From: Paraspadella gotoi
Lineage: Eukaryota; Animalia; Chaetognatha
Reading direction: 5' to 3'
Length of the DNA: 64,000 nucleotides
Assembly (NCBI GenBank): GCA_051294375.1
Contig: CM119265.1
Coordinates: 15,538,963 to 15,602,962, forward strand
Under the pieces are notes generated by a model, which saw only the letters and a program-made list of their open reading frames with translations, ran no database searches and was not told the DNA's origin. The position numbers and the translations under genes were made by a program. This document shows, piece after piece, positions 56,170 to 64,000 of the stretch. The first letter of the stretch is position 1. Each line of letters starts with the position of its first letter.

Positions 56170-56333
56170 GGCGTGACAATCGACTGCAAAGAGACATAAG
56201 GGTATTCAAAATGCTCGAAGAATCAACTACATATTGTCGAAAAAATAAAGAGAAACATCAGGTAAAAAAAAAAATCAAAATGCTTCAATATTTCACAAGG
56301 CTCAGTCATTTTCCCTTCGAGGTCAATCGGTCC

Positions 56334-57120
56334 TCAACCCTGATAATGGGGCATGGATTGTGTAGACACGATTTTTAGTTTTGTCATAGTTTCCGACATT
56401 TCAAAGTCCTCGTTGGTATCATCCTCGTCCTCTTCATTATCCTCGTTTTCCTCGTCGTCGTCGTCCTCGTCGCTCGACCCAAAATCGACGACTTTCGGTC
56501 GATTAGGATTGAAGATCTCGAATTCTTCGTCGTCGTCTTCGTCGTCGCTAGGGGGCAGCATGTCGCTTGGGATCGCTGATTCGAATACCGGCCGGCGACC
56601 CGAGGCGATATTCCTCGATTTCAGAGCGGAAACCGGCGAAGGGGAGTTATCGTTGTCGGCGTCGTCCTCGAATACAGACGGCCACAGCTTCTCCGATTTG
56701 ATGTGACGAATTTGGTCGCGGTAAAGAATCGAGGATATTTCGGCCTGAACAAATACATATTTGGATATTTGGATAATTTTTATATTGGTTGTACCAATTT
56801 CATATGTATTTATAATAAAAGTTTATCTTAAAGCAAATTGTCGAATAAACAGTAAAGAGCGCCGGAGAATAACTGACCCGCACTTTGTCTCCTTCAGCGA
56901 TCGGATCCACGATAACGAAATCGCCTCTCTTGATCCACACGCTCTTCCTAAACTTGGTCGGCATGGAAACGAGGTAGGACTCTCCCCGTTCATCGACGAC
57001 CTCGTGCAGGTTGTTCCCACGACTGGCGATGACGCGGACGATCGACTGGTTGCCCGATGGCACGACCAATTCGTCCAGCACCTCGCGACACACGTGTTTC
57101 TTTTTCGTCGTCGAGGTCAT
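56334..57120 (-). CDS. EIF1AD: Probable RNA-binding protein EIF1AD
   Basis: [55 protein letters not shown], acidic tail with NPNRP. Confidence 0.93.
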
Positions 57121-57879
57121 GATCGGATTATTCTAAAAGTTCTTCCTTATTTTGTCTTCGGTTGCCAAGAAAATATTCCAGGTCTCGTATCTAAAATTCC
57201 GTCTGTTTTCACGAGGGAGTTTGTCTCTTACAATTGCAGAAGTGCAGCGACTCCCTCTTTAAAGTGAAGCCATGATTGCGGGGGGAGACCAAGTTTATCG
57301 GCGGGAAGCACGGAGGGTGACAGATGAAACGATGGTGGCGAGTGAATAGGAAACGATGATTTCAATTTTATTGTCCAGAGAGGCATGCATCATAAGTGTA
57401 AGGAAGATTAAATCCAGAATATTGAAAATCCGAAACCCGTATGTCTGCAAAAAAAAAAAAAAAAAATTGAAAAAAATAAATGAGATTCTCTCCGAAACGT
57501 TAAAAATTCTCAATCGTTCACAATTCTTACCTCAAAAGTTATAGCGCCGCAAATACGTGAAATGCCTCTTTTAAATCTCGAAAAGAAAATCTGGAAATGG
57601 AGATCTAATCGAAAAAACTGTTAAGTTAGTCGAGCATTATTACGAATCAATGAAATACAGTCGATTCAATGGAAATAACAGACAATGAAAAAAGGGCAAT
57701 CGTTAATACATCAGGTCAGTAGATAAAGTCTTGGAGATCAATGAAAAATCGTAATCTTTCAACATTGTACTAGGACAATCAATTCTAAAAAATAGTCTAG
57801 TACTAAAATAATTTCGAGTATATCGGTAAACAAAAAAACAAAACTGGCGAAAGGTTTAATAAGTAAAAAAAAAGTAGAT

Positions 57880-58233
57880 TCAATTTTTCTTCCGCATGGT
57901 ATTAATAAAAGACCTTTGAAGTTGGCCTCTAACGAATGTTTTGAAACTAACAGGGTGCTTTCCATCAACTACTTTAAGCCCATTTTCATGAATCAGTTGA
58001 AAAACAGGAAAAAAATTCCAATAAAAATCAAAACTGTTCTTAAAGTAGTTTTTAGCTAATGGCTCGGCGCTTGTGGAATAAGGGCATATTTTAGAAAGAA
58101 ATTTAGCAAATTCGTAGGTAAGAGATGACAATACTTTAAATTCGACAGAATTAACAGTCAAATGAGAGCCCATGTGTTGTAAGACAGAAGCCTTGCCATT
58201 TGATCGAAGAAAATCTTGTAATTTCACATTAAT
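57880..58233 (-). CDS. Alternative 3' terminal exon E (variable domain)
   Basis: Poly-T CAG acceptor, phase 0, INVKLQDFLRSNGKA...DGKHPVSFKTFVRGQLQRSF...*. Confidence 0.8.
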   Translation of the reverse strand: MNVKLQDFLRSNGKASVLQHMGSHLTVNSVEFKVLSSLTYEFAKFLSKICPYSTSAEPLAKNYFKNSFDFYWNFFPVFQLIHENGLKVVDGKHPVSFKTFVRGQLQRSFINTMRKKN

Positions 58234-58310
58234 CTGAAAAAAAAAAAAAAAAATTCATTGAGGCCAACTATGAGAAGAAAACAACAACCCATTCATGACA
58301 AAAACATTAT

Positions 58311-58679
58311 TCAAGGCTGAAAATTTTTGTTATATTTTCTACAAGCCAAAATAAATCTCCGCTGCGTTACGCCTCTAATAAAACTTTTTAGTGAAAGATA
58401 GTACTTCCCATCCTTCACCTTGACCCCCTGCTGATGCAGTTCGTCAAATTCGGGAAAATGAAGCCATAAATTATCGAAGAAGACTTGAAAGTAGAGCTTT
58501 CCTGTCATACTAGGATGATAATTGGGGCTCATTCTTGCCATCAAATTCCCAATTTCGTAAAGGAATGATTTCAATAATTTGAGGCCGACTTCGTCCTTAT
58601 TCAAATGATTCGCGTCCATGTTTCTCAAGGCTTGATATTTTAGACTTGATTCCAAAAAGGTACTTAACTCTCCAAGATT
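58311..58679 (-). CDS. Alternative 3' terminal exon D (variable domain)
   Basis: TTTTTTCAG acceptor, phase 0, NLGELSTFLESSLKY...DGKYYLSLKSFIRGVTQRRF...*. Confidence 0.8.
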   Translation of the reverse strand, partial: NLGELSTFLESSLKYQALRNMDANHLNKDEVGLKLLKSFLYEIGNLMARMSPNYHPSMTGKLYFQVFFDNLWLHFPEFDELHQQGVKVKDGKYYLSLKSFIRGVTQRRFILACRKYNKNFQP

Positions 58680-58792
58680 CTGAAAAAATTAGGGGGGGAA
58701 TATAAATACCATTACAGCACTTTCAAGTTTCCTTCTTACATTAATAATTTCGGGGCCAAACTCAAAAAGAAATAGCCACAAGTTTAAAAGTA

Positions 58793-59164
58793 CTAGGAGC
58801 ACTTTTGGTTGATAATTTTCATTCTAAACTGACGGTAAAGATAGGTTTTTATGTATCCTTTAATAGATCTTTTAGTTTTCCCATCAGGAATAGTTAAACC
58901 AGTTTTATATATTTGTTCAAGCCACGGAACAAAAGTCCAGAAAACCACAAACAAGCAATCAAAAATGGCCTTAAACTTCGGGTTTTTAACTTCAGGCATG
59001 AAGAATTTGCCGGTAATTTCTTTCGTAAAATCATGACCAAGAGAAGTTATAAGTCGCAAAATGCATGAATTTTTGTCCAAGGTTGGAATACTTTGAAGAT
59101 TCCTCAACGCATCGGCTTTAGAACTGCCTTGAAGAAACAGACCAGCTACTTCATAGTATTGTCT
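58793..59164 (-). CDS. Alternative 3' terminal exon C (variable domain)
   Basis: TTTTTCAG acceptor, phase 0, RQYYEVAGLFLQGSSKADAL...DGKTKRSIKGYIKTYLYRQF...*. Confidence 0.8.
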   Translation of the reverse strand, partial: RQYYEVAGLFLQGSSKADALRNLQSIPTLDKNSCILRLITSLGHDFTKEITGKFFMPEVKNPKFKAIFDCLFVVFWTFVPWLEQIYKTGLTIPDGKTKRSIKGYIKTYLYRQFRMKIINQKCS

Positions 59165-59226
59165 CTGAAAAAGAAAAAAAGAATCTGAGTCTAAACTTAC
59201 ATGGGTTGTTGTTTTCTTAAATTAGT

Positions 59227-59622
59227 TTAATTCAATGATTTCAGTTTATCATGAAAAGTGTATTTCTTCAGATTTTCCCTAAGTCGTCTCTGCAAAACTG
59301 ACTTCACATAACTTTTAAACTTAGTTTTCCTCGAACCATCAAACATATCCAACGTTTCAAACTGATGAAAAGGGTCTTTGAAAAAAGTCCAAAAAGATTC
59401 AAACATGTAAATAAACAAGAGTTTAAATTCATCCCCACAATAAGGATGACTGGGAAAAATAGAAGCTGTAAATTTTGCAGTGTCATAGCAAAGAGAATTT
59501 AATATTTTGAAAGTAGGAGAGGTATGTTCAACAAAAGTAGGGTCGTGAAGATTCTTAAACATCTTTGCCTTGGAGCTATTTTGGAGATATTCACTGATGT
59601 GCTGATTAACCATTCCATTCAT
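59227..59622 (-). CDS. Alternative 3' terminal exon B (variable domain)
   Basis: TTTTTCAG acceptor, phase 0, MNGMVNQHISEYLQNSSKAKM...DGSRKTKFKSYVKSVLQRRL...*. Confidence 0.8.
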   Translation of the reverse strand: MNGMVNQHISEYLQNSSKAKMFKNLHDPTFVEHTSPTFKILNSLCYDTAKFTASIFPSHPYCGDEFKLLFIYMFESFWTFFKDPFHQFETLDMFDGSRKTKFKSYVKSVLQRRLRENLKKYTFHDKLKSLN

Positions 59623-60174
59623 CTGAAAAATTAAAATGGGATAATTTGAAGTCATCCTTTTCAGTTAAAAAAGATTAAGAAAATGAAGGAATAAGTTTAC
59701 AGACCACCCAACCTTTAAAAACAAACCATCTAAATAGCCTTTAGAAATTGCTTCAGAAAAGCTTGGTCGTGATAATAGCATCAGAGATAATGTAGCATGT
59801 TCATGCTCCAAAAATTTATAGAAGTACTAATTCTGAATTATAAAACCCTCTCATCGACATGAATCGATAAAAGGATTTAGTCTTTTAAGACAAACAGAAA
59901 TAAATTCCTAATTAGTTAAGGCAGGATGAGTAATCCGGGCAGCGATGTCATTATAGATAACAGGCATACGGGTAAAACTCCGCCGGAGAGTTTCGTTCAG
60001 CGTTTAGGAGCCAAAAACTCCCTCGACTCAGATCTTTTAAAAAGGTTTTCGGTAATCCGAAACCAATCGAGGTACAATTTCCTCCCGTGGTTAAACACAA
60101 AACAATTGTTTAAAAAAAAAGACTTCCGAATAAATGTTTCGACGTAATACGTACATTATTTTTCATTCGCTAAA

Positions 60175-61945
60175 ATGAAAAAGCTTTTTCTGCTCCTCAT
60201 TTTTTCCTTAAACTCCACCAGTACTACTCATATCAAGTACATCGACCCGCAAATCGAACAAAATGTTATAGCCTACTCCCACACTGAGAAACGCGGTCAA
60301 TGGGTCTACAGAAAAGCTAAACTTTCTTATGGATATTTTTTCGCGGTTGAGTCGACTAACGTGCGACTGAAACAAATCGTGGCTAAAGAGACCTTGCTCT
60401 CGCGTTTCCAAAAGCAAATTCCCTTGGGAACAGATATCATGTTCACCGACAGAGATGAGTGCCACAACTGCCAGCAGCGGGGGAAGGTAGGACACTATCG
60501 TGGCAACGGTTATTTTGAGATAATTGGGAGTGTGTGTTCGATCGCGAGAAACAGCCTGACCATGGTGACGTCAAACACAACCTATCGCCACGTTTCGGAA
60601 ATACGAAAGTACGTTGTAGAACCCCAGGACGTGTGGAGGGAGAGAATTTGTAATGAAAAGTCAATTGGTGCACAAGTAGCGTTCAGAATTTCTAACCATT
60701 GCAACCGGTATAAAATTGGATTTCTGACTTATCGGCCAAAAGTAAAAATAGAGTTTAAAGAGGGACTATACGAAGATACCGGAGAGACCTACTTTATCGG
60801 TATAACTGGATCTGAGGCCGAAATGACTCCGGACATCAAGCCAGACATTTCTTCTATAAAGAACGACCAGCTGGTGATTGTAAAAGTGAACGGAAAATGG
60901 CTCGCAGGACATTATCAATCAAAAGCCGTAAAACTCAAAGGAAATTCACCCAACTTATTGAAAATTACAGACACGACCGAATTAAGGATTCTAGACGCTC
61001 AGGTTCTCCCTTTTTGCAAGGAGTCGAATTCTACGGTGGTTATTATAAAACCGATTGAACCGACTAACTCGACCAGCACTGTGAGCGACATCTCCCAAGG
61101 AAATTTAGCTACCATCCTGATCATCTTAGGAATAACCGCTATGGTTTCCATTCTTTTTGGAATAATTATATACATTTTTGTCATATACCTCAAAAGCTAT
61201 AAAAAAAGAAAGCGAAGACAAATTTCCCTTGGAGAGAGTTTACCCAGTTGCGGAGTTCGCGAATCATTTGCCTGCGATTTAAGTCAAAGGTATTTAATTA
61301 ATTTATTAATTAATTAATTATAATTATACAATTTTATAAGTAGAAAATTAAAAACTGAGTTTACATTAGTTATACTGATTTTATTATTGTTTAAATAGTT
61401 GAAATAGTTTATGATAGTTTAAAAAAAGGAAAGACTTGTTAAAACTAATATTGGCCTTTAGTAAGCAAAAGATATTAAACGAAAATTTTTATCCTGATTA
61501 GCTTTGAAGCAGGGCCGAATCAACAACACAGGAAAACAACCAATACGACTCTCCAATATAAAATCACGGGAGCAAAATCTCTATATGGTAACTGCCTAAG
61601 TGGTAACAGCACTGAACCTTATGCTGAAGTCAATATAGTGGATCGAAGCTTGACAATGCAAGAAAAGGTTTGAACAAAAGGATTGTGCCAAATAATGTCA
61701 GTAGGAGTCTTTCAAAAAATAAAATATAGAATATCTTTTGCGAAGTCGGACGATGGAAAGGTTTACGACAGACTCACAAGAAGAAATATGGATTCGGCAC
61801 AACGTCATACATCGACTAATAATTACGACAAAGTTGAGCAGTCACCGATATATTTTGGTTTGTAGAAAATATCGTTATGTATAAAAAATATTACGATAAT
61901 TTCACCTTTTTTTTTAATACAGATTTAGAAGGGCCTGAAAATTAG
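60175..61945 (+). CDS. Type I single-pass membrane protein with Tyr-based cytoplasmic motifs, nested antisense in the variable-exon array
   Basis: Signal peptide MKKLFLLLIFSL, ~290-aa ectodomain, TM segment LATILIILGITAMVSILFGIIIYIFVIYL followed by KKRKRR. Further in-frame GT-AG exons (~61502-61667, 61746-61857, 61923-61945) add YAEV, YDRL, YDKV and YFDL. Confidence 0.75.
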
Positions 61946-62034
61946 GCGTTGCCTTTGGATTGCCAAGAGCCAGAAAAAGACTAACAGACTAATAAAGAAA
62001 AAAACCGAAACTAAAGTTCAATTCATTTTAACGT

Positions 62035-62429
62035 TTAGGAAGAATTAATTTGAATAATGTCTACTCTCTCGATTCTTCCCATTTTTTTGCAAGTCAGTAA
62101 TCCACGTTGAAGCTTAGCTCTAACATAAGCTTTGAATCCTCTTTGGATTGTCCTTCTTGTATCCTGAGGCCGGAAAGATGAATGGCTTCGAAATTTGTAA
62201 AATGTTTCCAAAGAGCCAAAAAAGAACGTTAAATAAGGCATCCTTTGTACTGATACAGTTTTTAGCGAGAAACTTTGCACAATCAAACAGGAAAGAGGCA
62301 AGAACTTTTAGTTCTAAGGAAGTCTTTTGAAATTCTGTTCCAGGATGAAGTTGTGCAACAACGCCAGACTTGGCGTTTTTCCAACAGCAACATTTTAAAT
62401 TCGTTTTCGACAGATTCTCCTCTTTCAAT
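62035..62429 (-). pseudogene. Alternative 3' terminal exon A (variable domain), frameshifted
   Basis: Phase-0 acceptor TTCGTTCCAG; homology to exons B-E is recovered only by changing frame three times, each in a homopolymer run. Confidence 0.7.
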
Positions 62430-62498
62430 CTGGAACGAAAACAGATCGGAAACTCTGATCATTAGAAAAGCGGTTCACATTATCACAATCACAACGAC

Positions 62499-64000
62499 CT
62501 TTGATTTTTCACCATTCGTTACGGTACCGGATATTGCTGAAAAAAAATGACAGCCGCTGAAATTGACCCCGCTCAAGACATTCGTAACAACTAACAAGAA
62601 TCCTTCGAAAGTTAGCCACTGATCTCAACCATATGAGGACATGTGAGGTTCTTAATTTGAAAACTTTTTGAACCAAACAAAAAACCAAAACGAATAAAAC
62701 TCACCATATCCGTTCCATCTGGCAAAATGTGACCTCCGTATCCAGAATTAGTGGGCTGAATAGCGTTTGACGATGATCCGATTAACGGGAAGCCGCCCGA
62801 GTTGCCAACTCCCACCACGGCGCCAGCTCCAGCGGTTCCGGTACCGTCTTCGTCGCCCTGAATCTCTTGAATGTCACTGTCACCGTCGCCGGTAACATGT
62901 TCAGTTTCAGTAAAAACAGCGCCGGCTTCCGGTTTAACGTCAACGATGTGCGCCTCTGTCTTTGCATCGAAAGGAACCAACTGCGAGGCGGTGCCGTCTA
63001 TCGAGGGCGCATCAACACCGCTAACGGAGCGCGTTTTTTTTGCCGCTGACGTCGCGGAGTGGTCGCGCGAATGACGCTTTCTCGTCGACGCACCGCGCGA
63101 GGTCGAAGAGTCTATGTGAGTGAAACTGTTTTCTGTCATGTTCTGCCATGAGGCGTTCTGCCAAGAATAATTGAGGTGGTTCTTCTCCAATAGGCGAGGT
63201 TCGTTCGATTCAAGTCCGAGTTCCACATCGTTGCCTGTTAAAATCAACAACAATATTTAAATAATTTGAAAACTTGGTTTGAAAAAAATTAGTAATTAAA
63301 AAATTGTCCGAATCCGAGGAAATATATTGCACGGGTTCCTTTTTTTTATGGGCTTAATAAAATCGCTCGTTGACCAGACGAAAAAAAAAATAACGTTCCA
63401 GAAAATGTGTCCGGCGTGAAAATAAAAACCGAGAATGACGGGGTTTTAATCGGACTCTTGACAAAAGAAGAATAGCAATAGCGGCTTCACTTTCGAAACA
63501 ATGCTAAATTAAACAATGGTCGACTGGCTTCACTATTGTCAGTCGGCTTTTGTTGTCCTCGAGTGATTGGACAATGGACACCGTCGTCGTCTTAAAAGAA
63601 TCAGTTCCCTTTTTTGAAGGCTTTTGTCATAAAGACAATGCCAAACTTTTTTGTATGGGATTCTAAACAAAACTGTCGAAGTTGGTAGCAAGACTCACCG
63701 ATAGGAGTGAGGTTGTTGGTGGCGTAGGCTTCACACAGATGTCGTTTTCCAGCGTACTTTCGGCCTTCGGCAGTTTCTATCAGCAGGAATACGTTCGCAT
63801 CTAACAATAAAAATATCGAAAAATGTCTAAAATACCGACGCAGACGGAGAACGCTGAAAACCTATCGCGATTTATCACCTGTGAGGGAAGCTAATTTTAG
63901 GCAGTGTTCTATGAGAATATTCGACAACGATTGCTCCATGTTTTGTAACTGATTCACTAATCCCATGAGAGATTGAGCAGATGCCATTTCTCCGTACTGT
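62499..64000 (-). CDS. Common 5' exons of the variable-tail gene: MADS/SRF-like N-terminal region plus a disordered linker (start lies beyond the window)
   Basis: Exons >64000-63879, 63800-63699 and 63234-62705 give ...LSNILIEHCLKLASLTDANVFLLIETAEGRKYAGKRHLCEAY..., resembling the MADS-box segment KKA.ELS.LTG..V.LLV.S..G....F. An RKR motif (possible NLS) follows. Possible micro-exons at 62602-62596 and 62536-62499. Both candidate final donors are phase 0. Confidence 0.72.

Larger units (their letters stand above)
58275..59218. promoter_or_regulatory. Perfect 18-nt inverted pair (58275-58292 and 59201-59218), candidate RNA docking/selector elements
   Basis: AAGAAAACAACAACCCAT versus ATGGGTTGTTGTTTTCTT; both sit in spacers ~40 nt upstream of variable-exon acceptors. 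Confidence 0.55.

Noticed and set aside
57880-59655. Four independent single-exon paralogous genes
   Set aside because: Three lack an ATG at the homologous start, all begin exactly at phase-0 acceptors, and the spacers are only ~60-115 bp. Alternative terminal exons fit better, though this is unproven without RNA data.
61671-61673. In-frame TGA between Tyr motifs suggesting readthrough or selenocysteine
   Set aside because: A phase-0 GT-AG intron (61668-61745) removes it cleanly.

Overview
Gene-dense animal nuclear DNA with GC-rich exons, AT-rich introns that are mostly 45-100 bp, and many non-autonomous transposons. All exon structures below were spliced by hand from GT/GC-AG sites and reading frame. 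Recognisable genes: an SLC22 transporter with a divergent tetraspanin nested antisense in its large intron, tRNA-Asp, a group III phospholipase A2, a Roadblock/LC7-like gene, an AT-hook protein, and then ten co-oriented minus-strand genes (puromycin-sensitive aminopeptidase, ECSIT, ASK1-type MAP3K, POMT1, ISCU, IBA57, a small membrane ORF, Uncx homeobox, eIF1AD, and a final unknown gene), some only 29-164 bp apart. The most notable locus is at 57.9-64 kb. Shared exons encoding a MADS/SRF-like N-terminal region can splice in phase 0 to any of five tandem paralogous 3' terminal exons, each encoding a variant of the same unrecognised ~120-aa domain (four intact, one with three frameshifts). A perfect 18-nt complementary pair lies in the spacers, and an antisense receptor-like gene is nested in the array. 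This resembles a lola/mod(mdg4)-type isoform-diversification system built from different domains. Other observations: mutually exclusive duplicated exons in the aminopeptidase that alter a substrate-binding motif, and Penelope-type hammerhead ribozyme remnants.
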